DNA from: the human T2T-CHM13v2.0 reference genome, Homo sapiens
DNA: 64,000 bases
Direction: 5' to 3' (one strand)
Assembly: GCF_009914755.1 (NCBI RefSeq)
Contig: NC_060941.1
The notes under the pieces were generated by a model, which was not told the origin of the DNA, made no database searches, and worked only from the letters and a program-made list of their open reading frames with translations. This document shows, piece after piece, positions 1-21,207 of this stretch (its first letter is position 1; each line of letters begins with the position of its first letter). The position numbers and the translations under genes were made by a program.

Positions 1-376
1 TGCTTTAACACCTGAAGAAGCTGGGTAAAGCGGGGGGGGGGGGGGTAAAGAAGAAGGGGGGTGACTTTGATGACCACCATTCCTAGTGGTGCTGGTATTA
101 GGGGGGCACCCTCCTGTTAGAGTGTGAGCTTACCACATGGTTGGTGAGCCTGGGACACAGATAGCTAATGGTAATGGTGACAAAGGAGATACGCGCTGTG
201 ATAAAGGGACAAACAGAATGCTGCCAGCATGCATGGGATAATCATTCCGAAGTGGTACTTGAGATGGTCTTTGAGTAAGATTTAGGAAAGAAATTTCGGG
301 CTGAGAGTACCATGGCCAAAAAAAAAAAAAAAGACCTGACAGCAGGAAGTTTTCCAGGGAAGGGGGAGTGGACCTA

Positions 377-683
377 GATTTAGGGTGGGTCCAAATCCAA
401 TGACTTTTGTCCTTGTAAGAAGAGAAGAGAGCACAGAGACCCAGAGGGAAGAAGGGGATGTAAAGACGGAGGCAGAGACTGGAGTGATGCACCCACTCCC
501 GGTGCCACCAACAGCTGGAAGAGACAAGGACAGATTCTCTCCCAGAGTCTTCAGAGGTAGTATGGCTCTGCCAACACCTTGGTTTCAGGCTTCTGGCCTC
601 CAGAACTGTGAGAGAATAAATTGCTGCTGTTTTAAGCCACGCAGTTTGTGGAATTGGCTACGATAATTCTAGAGTACCAGTAC
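377..683 (+). mobile_element. MLT1 (MaLR) LTR fragment, MLT1C-like
   Basis: cttctggcctccagaactgtgagagaataaatt...ttttaagccac is the MLT1 3' signature. Confidence 0.8.
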
Positions 684-689
684 AGTCAG

Positions 690-1419
<730 letters not shown>

Positions 1420-1629
1420 ACTGACTACGCTTTTAATAAGTTTTTTTATGAAGACAGAAAGAGATACGGAATTGATTATAGATGGGGGAAGAAATAGGAT
1501 CAAGGGAACTTTGTGCTTATTTATTTTTTAAGACTGTGTCTCTTTTCATTATATTTTTAGGCTGTGGGAAGGAAGCAGGGAAAAGATGCAAATAATCAAT
1601 GAAACAAGGTTCCAGAGAAGAGCTTACAA

Positions 1630-1855
1630 ATAATTTGTACTGTGCACCTACTATGTGCCAGTCACTGTGCTGGGGTTTAGCTGTGTGATCTCATTGATCT
1701 TCTGAACACTCCTACAGAGCGGAAAAGGATTGTCCCCATTCTCCACCTGGGGCAACTGGGGCTGAGAACAGTAAAATAACTTGCCCAGGTTGATACATCT
1801 TGGATTTGAGCCCAAGTCAGCTGGCTCTGATGTCTCAGTGCTTTTCATTATATTA
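1630..1855 (-). mobile_element. MIR
   Basis: cacctactatgtgccag...aacttgcccagg...ggatttgagccc is antisense MIR. Confidence 0.8.
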
Positions 1856-3162
1856 TTTCTCCACTGAAAAAGAGGAGGATATATCTTTCTCGGATTCACA
1901 AAGAATAAGAAACGTAAAGAAATAAGCAGATTTGTAATGGAGGAAAGGGATGTGTCAGTGTTTCTATCATGCAGTTCATGTCCTCATTAAACTATGACTC
2001 AAAGTGATCAGCTGCAAGGGAGAGGGGAGAAAGGGTGAAGCCAGGCAAGGGACCTTGAGAGGGTAAGGGATGTAGGATAGATCAGTGGATGAGATATAAC
2101 AGGGAGCCAATCAGGAAGAAATAAAAGACCTTGCTTTAAAGCTAAGCTTCCGCTAGGATTAGTGGGCTGGATTTTTGGAGAAACCAGCCTGCATGGGGGA
2201 GGCAGAAGGTTATCTTAACATGGACATCACCCCTGAGAGATTTCAGTGACGGCACTGAAGAAGCCCAGAGCCACAGATAATTCTGATTTTAACTCAAGAC
2301 ACCCGCACACCCCAGGACTCTGAGAACGAGTCATCAGACATCCCAAGGGGATTATCAGCCCCAACCACCTGCCGAAGGAGAAAGTACTGACCCGCTTGGA
2401 GTTACCAGGAGCTGTTCTCTGGCCACCCTGCTGAAGCCAGGTGCACTACTCCTAGCCTCGTGGCAAGGTTGCCATTCTGATATGAAAATAACCAAAGTCC
2501 CCACTCAAAAATAACAACATCTGCTAATTTGCATGGGAGTTTTGCATTTCATAATTGGGTTTAATACGCAAATGCTAAAATTCATGTGTTGGGCTAGCTA
2601 AGTGGTTTAGAGGTTCAGTGGGTAAAAACTCCTCACAGTGTTCCACTCTGGTGCACCGAGACCCACACCCACGCTCCACAACTCTGTACTCTCCCCACTC
2701 CTTGGTTTGACTCTCATATGAATTATGGGATAAAAAATACAAAATCGATTTACCTAAAGGCTTGTCGTGTCTAAGAGGGTCTCAGCCAGGGCATCCCCCC
2801 ACGTTCTCATGTCTGCTTTGGGGTCTGAGTCCTCCAGCGTCTTCATTTGAGATGAGCAGCTGCTCCTTGGTGCTACCTGAACCCGGGTATAAGGGCAGTG
2901 GTTATGGAGTGAGAAGTTTGAGAGGAGACAGCAGAGAAGGTGTTAATGAATAATCGCAGGGCCTTGTTCTCCATAAAGGCAATTACTGGGATTGATTGTT
3001 TCCGTGTTTCCTTAGTCACGGTTCAGATCCCTTGTTTCACTCAGATTAAGACAGATGCGTGCTGAACGCGTCCTGGCATGTGATGTCAGGAGAATTATCG
3101 ATGGCACGTCCCAGGCCTCTGTCTTCTCGTGCAGGTGCCACCAGGGGTCTCAGCTGGGCTGA

Positions 3163-3990
<828 letters not shown>

Positions 3991-4530
3991 GGAATCATGT
4001 ATAAGGGATCCAGCCTCTTGGGACTGTGATGCTATCAGGCCAAGTCTGGTTTCCCCAACACCCACAGATCCCAATGCAGGTGCTGGGTCATTTTGCCCAT
4101 TAGCCGTCAATCCCATCTCTGGTGGCCAAGAAAGTTAATGCCCAGCTTAGGGCTAGCTAGAGCGTGGTTACACCAACATCCATCAAAATTCTCTTCTTAA
4201 GCCACCTTAACCCTTCACATCTACTGAATGCATAGGACTTGACTCAGCGAGACTGGGGCTGTAGGGCTGGGTTGCATTTGGGGTTTCTGTCCCTCGTGTG
4301 GACAAAGACAAAGACAGGGGCTGCCTTTTCTGGTTCAGTTTCTACCCATGGATGCTGTCTGCTGAATGCATTCTTGCTGCCCAGTATTATACATTTTTAA
4401 AACATCATTTTATTAATATTTAACCCTCACAGTGTTGCTCTTAGGTAATAATTATTACTCCTGTTTTAACTCTGTTGGGGTTCAGAGAAGTTAAATGACT
4501 TATCCAAATTACATATTAAAAGCCAGGTCT

Positions 4531-5236
<706 letters not shown>

Positions 5237-5717
5237 AAAAGCCAGGTCTGTCTGACTTCAATAATCTATGACTTTAAAGTTCTACTATATCCCCTTGCTA
5301 ATGTTATATGAGCATTTATATAAAGATTAAGGCTGGGTCCCCAGGAATCCAGCAATGGTAGCTGCTCCCCAAAAGTAAGCTCACCAGAACTGGAACTGGC
5401 GTGATTTAGGGGTTTGCTTTTCTAAAGCTTATGCTAGGAGTCACAGAACATATTCCTTTTGGAAATGTTCTCTTCAGGGACTTGCCCTCTACTGCTGGTT
5501 ATTCTCTGTGGCCTGACCTCTGTCTGGATGAAACTGTGTTCATTGTCCTAAAGGCGGCTTTCCTTTGTCTGAATTTGGATATTGACTTAGTATCTTAACA
5601 TTTCTGTTCCGGGACGGTGCTTGCAACCAAATGGCCAGGAAAGTATTCAGAAGCTCTGCTGAATATAGGAAGAGAGAAAAAATGTTATGCTAATGAAAGT
5701 TTGCTTTTCTCCCACAG

Positions 5718-5789
5718 TGTTCCTTTCTGCCGAAATTCTCCATTCATATAGAAACCAAGTATGAGGACAACAAAGGAAGCAATGACACC
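5718..5789 (+). CDS. PITPNC1: PITPNC1 internal coding exon (72 nt, phase 0/0; about aa 99-122, probably exon 5)
   Basis: Translates to CSFLPKFSIHIETKYEDNKGSNDT, matching the remembered PITPNC1 protein. Acceptor ttgcttttctcccacag ends at 5717, donor gtgagt starts at 5790, branch-like tgctaat at 5688-5694. Confidence 0.97.
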
Positions 5790-6167
5790 GTGAGTAGCCC
5801 CTCCTTCCATGCTGCGCTCGCCTCGTGGGCTCTGAATATCACAGCACTTCTCGCAGCCCCTCTGTGACCAGGGCCAGCAGTGGGACCTGTGCCTGGGACC
5901 TCAGAGATGTTCTGGCCTTTGGCTTCTGAGGGTTATTTCCCTGGGACTTTTCCCTGGAATTCTTTTGTTGTCTAGCTTTTCTTTCTTCTCATTTTTATGT
6001 ACTTTCCCTGGGCCTCTGAGCAGAAGCCTCTGACCTGGGGTGATTGTCATGGAGGTGGAGAGGATGACAGGGCACTTGGAACTCCAAGATTTGGTTTTTG
6101 ATCATTGGACAGAGTACACATCTTCTCAATGCCTATTAATATCTACTTCGGAAAGGGAATACAATCA

Positions 6168-6545
<378 letters not shown>

Positions 6546-7188
6546 TCAGATGTGTGTGTGCATACTGCATGCATGCTTACTTACACACATGCGGTGTATG
6601 TATACACCCACACATCCTACCTTAAAATCAGGGGGTACCCCCACAAAATATTTACCTCCTGAGGCATTCTGACTTTTACTAAATTTCAGCCAAGTATTTT
6701 GCTTATTAGTGTTGGGTAAAACCCATCTTCTGACCTGGCTTTTACCCCCAGGCTCTTTCTGTTTGGGCAGTAAATTTCTAACTTCTCTTTTCTTTGGGGG
6801 TGACTGTTTTGACCTACCAAAAGCCTCACCTGGGATTAGGCTGTGGGTTCCCTCAGGACCCGTTGAAAGGAAGAACCTGGATCTAGAAGCTTCGGGGCTT
6901 CCCCAGAGTTCATGGAACTTCCCAGAGGAGAGAAAAATACAGCTGGCAGCAGTACTATCCTACCACTCTGTTCAGGAACCCCATCGTTAGTGTCTCCTTG
7001 AAGTGGCAGCCCAATGGGAAATGTTTAGGGCCATTTTCCTGTCACAGCCTGAAATCACAGGCGCGTTGCTGGCCAAATTCATCAAAACCACCATGCCTAA
7101 AACAGTGTCACACTGTGTTTCAACTTGAATCCTTGTAAAATAGTGATTTTTTTTTTTCTTTTTTTTTTTTTTTTCTGATTAGAAAGCA

Positions 7189-7496
<308 letters not shown>

Positions 7497-7879
7497 CTAT
7501 TCAAACTTGGAGAATGCAAAAAGAAAGTATTGAAAAAAGAAAGGAAAAACCAATAGCAATCCCACAATTTAGAGATGACTTCTGTTAGCAATTTGGTTCA
7601 TGTTGCAGATTATGGACAAATTTATTTTTTAACCAATTCCTCCTGAATTGAATCATATAGTATGTTATTTTTAACATGCCCTGAAGTATGCTTCCCTATA
7701 ATGATTTTTCCTGGCTGTACCACCTTCCATATTTCAGTGTACTTCTTTAAACAATTGCTGGTCACTGGATATTGAAGTAAGCTTGACTCTTTTCACGTAG
7801 CTGTGGACTCTCATGAAAAGGATAATAAAGTTCAGTTGCTTGAATTGCTTTTCCTGGCATAATATGAAAATATGGGGGA

Positions 7880-8172
7880 ATTTTTTTTTTCTTTATAAGA
7901 CAGGGTCTCGCTCTGTCACCCAGGCTGGAGTGCAGTAGCACGATCTCAGGTCACTGCAGCCTCCACCTCCTGGGCTCAAGCAATCCTCCCACCTCAGCCC
8001 CCCTACTGGGACTACGGCACACACAACCGTGCCCAGCTAATTTTTGTGTTTTTTTTAGAGACGTGGTTGTACCATGTTGCCTAGGCTGGTCTCAAACTCC
8101 TGGACTCAAGCAATCTGCCTGTCTTGGCCTCCCAAAGTGCTGGGATTACAAGCGTGAGCCACCATGCCTGGC
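7880..8172 (-). mobile_element. AluJ
   Basis: Antisense dimer, J-type gggctcaagcaatcctccc. Confidence 0.92.
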
Positions 8173-8299
8173 TGGAAAAAAATTTTTTAAATATCTTTTA
8201 GTCTTTCCAAACAAATTTCCTTGCTTTCTCTCTTTTTCTCTATGCCTCTATCTCCATGAGTTTATTCAAAACAGCTCTCCATTTGAAGAGGTGTAGAGA

Positions 8300-8588
8300 G
8301 GCCAGGTGCTATGGCTCACACCTATAATCCCAGCACTCTGGTAGGCTGTGGTGGACGGATCACCTGATGTCAGGAGTTTGAGACCAGCCTAGGCAGCATG
8401 GTGAAACCCCATCTCTGCAAAATTAAAAAATTAGCCAGGCGTGGTGGCACACACACCTGTGGTTGCAGCTACCTGGGAGGCTGCAGTGGGAGAATCGCTT
8501 GAGCCCAAGAGGTCAAGCCTGCAGTGAACCATGTTTGCACCTCTACACTCCAGCTTGGGTGACAGAGTGCCACCTAAAAATAAAAAAG
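8300..8588 (+). mobile_element. Alu (diverged, J-like right arm)
   Basis: TSD aagaggtg(t/c)agag. Confidence 0.92.
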
Positions 8589-9214
8589 AGGTGCAGAGGG
8601 GACACGTGGCCTCACTGTGATCCCTATAGATTGGTGGGACCACTGTAATCTGGTTTATCCTCTGCCCAGTTCAAATCATCCCCAAAATTCATATGGTTAT
8701 TGTGTATTATTATACATCCTTTTTTGGCAGGTGCTCAGGTTTTTTGACTACTCTCCTAGGAATTTAAAATAACAGGTTATCCACCTTACAATCAGGATCC
8801 AGGCCCATGCCAAGGGCCAGGCCCCTTTGAGACTTAGGCTGGGCTGCAAGAGAAGCACCTATCACCTATTCACTCTGTGCAGTCCTTGGACACAGTTTGC
8901 TTCCTCTAGGAGAAATCTCAGCTGTTGTAGCCTGGCTTGCCTCCCTCTCCCCAGAATGTGGACTCTGGAACTGCCCAGGGGACCTGCTGCTTGTCTGCCT
9001 GTCATGGCACCCAACTTGCCCAAGCCCCAGTCCTGCCATCTTGTTACACTAAAGAGGCCCTAAATGTGTTTTTGGCCCAGTTGCCACCCCCTGCCCCCCA
9101 GGCTCTGCTTGACCCTGCTCCACGGACCCCAGGTCTTGCTCCTGAGGCCATTGGACCACACGGCCCAGCCCCACTTCATTAGACTTCTTTGCCAATTTGC
9201 CCTCCTCTGTTTTA

Positions 9215-9661
<447 letters not shown>

Positions 9662-10522
9662 CTAACAATTCTTTAATTACTAAACGCTAGCTTTATCTAG
9701 CCAGGGATTCAAAACTGGTGTTTTAAGCCAAGGAGTGTGCTGGTGTGCTCTTTTTCTGTCCTGGGTTGAGTGTGGAGTTTTTGGTGGGAGGCAGAGTTGC
9801 TAAGGAAAGCAGTGCAGTAGTGGATAATTCTCTTGTCTCACCGCGTTTCCAAACTATTTAATAAACTCAGTTCATTTCTTTGCACTTTCTGGGTGTACAC
9901 TCTTATCATTCAGCTACCATCCTTCATACTGCTATCTGCACTGTTTCCTCCCCTACCTGCCAAAAATTTAATGAAATTGATGACGATAAGAAGCAATAAT
10001 TAAATTGAAAGAGGCTGCTGATAGTCATATTGATGATAGTGGTTGAATCGAGTACATGTTGTTATCCTATTATCAATTACCATATAAGTAATTTTTTGAC
10101 GTGACCCAATATCTAGTAAAAAAAAAAAAATAGTGGCAGTATGAGTAAATATCTTCCTTGTTAAAAATAAAACCAGTATACGTATGATTGTGAAAACCTG
10201 CAAACTGTGATTACATTAACCAGGATGCAATGGGGAAGTTGTCTTAAACTGAGGCCCATTTATTTTATGCACATACTTATGAGAATTATTTGGGCCTTCA
10301 TTCGTGCTAGGGAGGACGGCACCGTGCCAAGGTAAGGTTCCGTTGTTTATCCAAGGCCATAAATCTAGGCCTGTGAGAGTCCGTGCTTAGCACTGCCTGG
10401 TTCAGCTGAATGAGAGGCTGCCCATGTGGTGACGGCTGCCAGGTTACTGGTGTTCAATGGGGTTAATGGGGGCAGCCTTGCTACTTTACTTCCTCTTCCA
10501 AACAAAGCAGGCACCATTTAAA

Positions 10523-10635
10523 GCAGTGGTTCCCAGCCTTGGCTGCACATTGGATTCACCTGAGAAGTTTTAACAACTCATGCCTGGGTCCCAGCCCCTG
10601 GGATTTTATTTAATGGGTCCTGGGCGCAGGCTGGT
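10523..10635. mobile_element. MER5-family MITE fragment
   Basis: cagtggttcccagccttggctgcacattggattcacctg. Confidence 0.7.
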
Positions 10636-10810
10636 CTAAACCAGCCAATAAGCATGAAGGACAGAACACTCACTTCCAGAACACCAAATTCTCCAGCTGG
10701 CAGTGTGTGCAGTTTTAGAGTCTACCCTGAGGCTGAACCTGATATGTTCCCTCAGGAGACATTGGCTATGCTGTCCCCACCCCTGAGAGGGTCTAGACCA
10801 GCAGTTCTCA

Positions 10811-11149
<339 letters not shown>

Positions 11150-11192
11150 TTAGCCATCACTGATGCTGCTGTCCCAGCCCTGGGGATTCTGA

Positions 11193-11560
<368 letters not shown>

Positions 11561-12354
11561 GGCATTGGGATTTTTACAGTTCCCCCAGGTGAATCTAAGG
11601 GGCAACAAGACTGAGAACTATAGATTTAAAGAAATAGTAAGTGCTATTTAAAACCAACACTTAGGAAAACAAATGTCTTCACTCCTTTATACTCCTGGAA
11701 AATAGGACAGTTTACAAAAGGCATATGTAAACCCCACTCCATTCCACTCCCACTCACACAATAAAAAGACCTGGGTAACATATGTGTTCTCATTAGCCAC
11801 ATATCACCAAGGACATTATTTCTTGGCAAAGAAACTCCTCTGATAAAATGAAGAGAATGTCCAGTTTAGTTCCTGGAAACATGAAGCTCTGTCTTTCACA
11901 GGGGTCTCCTTGGAAGCTGCCTAAAAGAAGTGTCTGGAATGTATTTCATTTCTAGCTCCTCTGTGTGGTAATGAAAGAACACAAAGTTGTTCTTTGTGAA
12001 ACAGAAAGATCAGTATTGAAGTTCCAGTTATCACCATAAGCCTAAGGCTTGGTTTCTTTATTTAAAAAAAAAATAGGATAAATAATGCTTCCATCAGGGT
12101 GTAGAGGATGCATAGAGGTTCATTTACATGGAAGCACTTCATAAACTGTGAAGTGCCATGCAAATAAGAGACATGATTACTGTGATGGCCACACCTCGGG
12201 ATTAACTGCACTCATGATGATTTCCCAATGAGACTCTGATTTTGTCTCAAGTGTCAATGAACCATTTGCTGTTCAACAAGTTTTGAGCACCTACTATGTC
12301 CCAGGCATTAGGAGAAGGATCGGGGATACAGCATTAAGACAAACCAGCCCTCCA

Positions 12355-12660
<306 letters not shown>

Positions 12661-12867
12661 AGACAAACCAGCCCTCCATTAATCATGGAGTAGGGGAAGC
12701 AGATAATAGGCAAGTAAACAAACAAAAGAATTGCAGCTGTGCTAAGTGCTAGGAAAGCTATAAACAGACTAGAGGGAGCTCAGCCTGAGGCCATGTGGTC
12801 AGAAAGGCCCCTCAGAAGACACAAGTCCACTTGAGGCTTGAGTATGGGAAGGAGCCAGCCCTATGAG

Positions 12868-13546
12868 ATATATGTTCCCCCACCCCAGGTTCATACGTGG
12901 AAGCTTTAGAATGTGACTGTGCATGGAGACAGGACCTTTAAAGAGGGGATTAAGTTAAAATGAGGCCATTAGAGTGGGTCCTAATCCAGTCTGACTGGTG
13001 TTCAGATAAGAAGAGAACACTTGGGCACATAAAGAGACTCTAGGCTGGGTGTGGTGGCTCACAGCTGGAATCCCAGCACTTTGGGAGGCTGAGGCGGGCG
13101 GATCGCTTAAGCTCAAGAGTTCAAGACCAGCCTGAGCAACGTGGCAAAACCCCATCTGTACATAAGAAATGCAAAAACTAGCCAGATGTGGTGGCGCACA
13201 CCTGTAGTCCCAGCTACTCAGGAGGCTGAGATGGAAGGATCACTTGAACCCAGGAAGCAGAGGTTTCGGTGAGCCAAGATCGTGCCACTGCACTCCAGCC
13301 TGGGTGATAGAGAGAGACGCTGTCTCAAAAACAAACAAGCAGACTCTTTGGGTGCAACACGTGAAGACGTAGGGAGAAGGCAGCCATCCGCAAGTCAAGG
13401 AGGAGGTCTCTGAAGAAATCAACCCTGCAGGCACATTGATCTTGGACTTTCAGCCTCCAGAGCTGTGAGACAATTAATTAGATTTTGTTGTTTACACCAC
13501 CCAATCTGTGGTGTTCTGTTATGGCTGACCCCACAAACTAATGCAG
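12868..13546 (+). mobile_element. MLT1B-like LTR interrupted by an Alu
   Basis: taagttaaaatgaggccattagagtgggtcctaatccagtctgactggtg...ttgatcttggactttcagcctccagagctgtgaga...aaactaatgca. Confidence 0.85.
13043..13338 (+). mobile_element. AluJ
   Basis: Dimer inside the MLT1 LTR. Confidence 0.92.
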
Positions 13547-13829
13547 GGAGCAAAGGCCCTGGACCCTAACACAGCCTCACATATTCCAGGAACTGTTGGA
13601 AAACCACTGGCTAGAGCATTAGGAGTGAGAATAAGTAGACTGGCAGGAACTGAGGTTGAAAATGTAGTAAAAGCTAGATCACGCAAGAGCTATGGGGCCA
13701 TGGCAGAGTGTGGATTTCAGTGCAGTGGGAACTTATTCAAGGATTTTAAACAAAGGAATAACAAGATACTGTTCGTGGAGTTTTTTAAAATTTTTTATTT
13801 GGGGATAATTTTAAATTTATACTAAAGTT

Positions 13830-14130
<301 letters not shown>

Positions 14131-14725
14131 TGTATACTAAACTTGCGAAGATTGTGCACAGGGTTCTCAAATACCCTCTACCCAGTTTCCCCTTACCTAA
14201 CCGTGATTCCACTGCCAAAACTACAGACTTCATTCAGATTTCACCAGTTTTCCCAATAATGTACTTTTGCTTCTGTTCCAGAATCCAGATTAGGACACCC
14301 CATTACATTGGTTGATTTATGTTTTAAAATGTTTGCTCTGGCTGTTCTGTGGAGAATTAGTGAAAGGCAAGACTGGAAGCAGGGAGTCCAGTTGGTAGGC
14401 TATTGGAATGATCCAGACCAAGATGGTGGTTTGAGCTGGAAAGATGGCAGAGGATAAAGAGGGGAGGAAGGGATCTATTTTGAAAACAGAGTGACTTTCT
14501 GTTAGAATTGATGCGGGGCATGAGAGGGGAACAAAATAGGGATGATCTCAGGCTTTCTAGCTCTGCCTAGTGGGCCTGGGTAAGTGGTGGTGCCATTGCC
14601 ATCATGGGAAACAGTGGAGGAGAAGCAGGTTCTGAGAAGAAAAGCAAGAGCGCCATTTAGTCATGATGACTTTCAGATACCAATGAGACTGCCAAGTGGA
14701 AATGAGGGGTAAGAAGTTGGATATT

Positions 14726-15033
14726 GGCCAGGTGTTGTGGCTCTCACCTGTAATCCCAGTGCTCTGGGAGGTCAAAGCAGGAGGATCGCTTGCACCCAAG
14801 AGTTCAAGGCCAGCCTGGGCAACATGTTGAGACCCCCATCTCTACAAAAAAAAAAAAAAATTTAATTAGCTGGACATGGTGGCACACACCTGTCATCCCA
14901 GCTACTCAGGAGGCTGAGGTGGGAGGATCGCTTGAGCCCAGGAAGTCAAGGCTGCAGTGAACCATGATCAAGCCACCATACTCCAGCCTGGGCAACAGAG
15001 CGAGACTCTGTCTCAAAAGAAGAAGAAGAAGAA
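14726..15033 (+). mobile_element. AluJ within an antisense L2
   Basis: TSD agaagttg(g/c)atat; (AAG)n tail. Confidence 0.92.
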
Positions 15034-15444
15034 GTTGCATATGCATATGAATCTGGCATTCAGAGAGGGATGTGGGTCATGATTTTTATCTAGGGAGAGG
15101 AGTGACAGAAAAGAGAAGTTTCTAGATGCTCCGAGATAGAGATTGCCCAGGTCCTAAGAAGGACCTTCTGATGGCTTCCAGGTCCAGCTTCTCGTTGTTA
15201 TCTTTATTCCTTGGTTAAGACTAATTTTCAATCACTGGGCTGTGCTTGGTTTTAGGAAATAAACGATCTCATTAATTTAACCACAAAGATTTACTTAGAG
15301 AGATCTAATTTCTCCCCCTGGGTGCCTCCTTCGGGTAAATTGCATAAACATCTCAATGTCTTGACTGGGCTCAACTTGCATGGCTTTGGAGAGAAATGTT
15401 CTCTTCCTGACTACAAGTAGCTTCCCCTGGAAGTTACCAGCTGA

Positions 15445-15825
<381 letters not shown>

Positions 15826-15848
15826 TGAAGTCTGTTTTCTAATTAGCA

Positions 15849-16220
15849 CAGTAGTCCCTGCTTCTCCGAGGTTTCACTTTCTGCAGTTTTAGTTCCCTGC
15901 AGTCAAATGCAGTCCAAAAATATTAAATGGAAAATTCCAGAAAAGAATAATTCCTAAGTTTTAAATTGCATGCTGTTTTGAGGAGCAACATGAAATCTCA
16001 TACCGTCCTGCCCCACCCCACCCAGGGCACGAAGCCTCCCTTTGTCCGTCAACTCTGCTCTGTATATGCTACACGCCTGTTAGTTACTTAGTAGCTGTCT
16101 CGGTTATCACATCAAAAGAAAAAAAATAGAGCGTGTATAGAGTTTGGTACTATCTGAGGTCTCACACATCCAGTGGGAGTCTCAGAATATATCCCCCTCG
16201 GCCAAGGTCGGGGACAACTG
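15849..16220 (+). mobile_element. MER44A-like Tigger MITE, full length
   Basis: TIRs cagtagtccc...gggacaactg; internal aaaatattaaatggaaaattccagaaa. Confidence 0.85.
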
Positions 16221-17205
16221 CATTTGTATTTGTAACTCCAAGAGGACAACATAGATGGATGGATGTTAACACATTTCAAAATGTACTAAAATTAATTTGT
16301 AAAGCAGGAGTGCCAGTGGGAACTGCAGAATCCATATTTACAGGTCTCTGGAGCTGATTATCTCTTCCTTAAATGGCTTCTAATTGAGGATTACAGAAAG
16401 AAAAAAAGCATTTGCTTTATTTTTAGACGTGATCTCTGATGTCTTCAACTTTTATCGTTCTGTTTTTAACCTTAGATTATTATAACCAGCCACCTACAAA
16501 ATCTGCAATTTTCTCTAATAAGTCAGCACCTGTTAAAAAGGAGGTTGCACAAAACACTCCCATTTGCAGTTTGGAAGGATTATTATCTGCTTTGGTCTGT
16601 GAAGTGGAAAGTCAATGTTCTTATTCAATCTGTGTCTAATGGTGTCATTTTGAGGACAATGGAAAACAGATCATGTTTGATTCCTTAAGATGTGGCCACT
16701 GCTATTTGTGGTACAATTTGTGATCTGAGAGCTGCATGTAAAAAACACATGAGCAAAAAGAATATCCAGCACACAAGGGCTGGCTTTCTGATTCTCAGAG
16801 GTATAGTGACAACACAGCTTACCTCTGCATTCAAAGAAGCTAGAACTTACCGCGGATAATCATTAGTAGAAGACAGCTTAAAGTAGTGTCTGCTTTCTGG
16901 CTAGGCCTGATTCACAGGTGCTGTGATAAATTCAAAAAGACCTGCCTCCTCTGATGTGCTAGTATCAAGGGTGAGGGAGACAGTTAACCAAACTGGTCAA
17001 AAGCATTGTCAGCAAAGACCTGGTGCTGAATCATGTTGGGAAACTGGAGTTTGGAGCTAGAGAGGCAATACCAAGTATCAAGGTCTGAATGTCCACTTTG
17101 TAACCACTGTAGTAATAATTGACTCAAAAAAAAAAAAAAAGCCATCAATGGATGCTAAGACCGTTGAGCAAAACAAGTATTGGGTACAGGATATATCACC
17201 ACCAA

Positions 17206-19220
<2,015 letters not shown>

Positions 19221-19235
19221 TATTTATTGATTTAA

Positions 19236-20680
<1,445 letters not shown>

Positions 20681-20898
20681 ATGCAGATGCATTTATATGT
20701 TACATAAAATACAAAGTTTATTTTAAAATGTGGACTAAGTTCACAATAAATTTATGATAGCTGTCAGCCAGGTGTGGAAGAGGAAGGGATTTCAACTATA
20801 AGTGTGAAATTTTCTCTTTTTTTTTTTTTTAAGTAGGGACAGAATCGGAATCAAATATGACAAAATAATTACATATGTTTGACTGGTGGGTAGTGGCT

Positions 20899-21207
20899 GT
20901 TTTTTGGCTTTTTGATTTTTTGTTTTGTTTTCTTTTTTAGATGGAGTCACCCTTTGTCACCCAGGCTGGAGTGCAGTGGTGTGATCTTGGCTCACTGAAC
21001 CTCTGCCTCCAGGGTTCAAGCGACTCTCCTGCCTCAGCCTCCCAAGTAGCTGGGATTATAGGTGCATGCCACCACACTATGCTAATTTTTACATTTTTAG
21101 TAGAGACGAGGTTTCACCGTGTTGGCCAGGCTGGTCTCAAACTCCTGGGCTCAAGCAATCTGCCCTCCTTGACCTTCTAAAGTGCTGAGATTACAGGCGT
21201 GAGCCAT
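20899..21207 (-). mobile_element. AluS (5'-truncated)
   Basis: Antisense dimer. Confidence 0.92.

Noticed and set aside
5943-5954. GGGACTTTTCCC, kB-like
   Set aside because: An extra T breaks the canonical 10-bp spacing, and the motif is isolated.
9980-9991. GATGACGATAAG (DDDK, like the end of a FLAG tag)
   Set aside because: No upstream DYKD codons and no vector context; coincidence.
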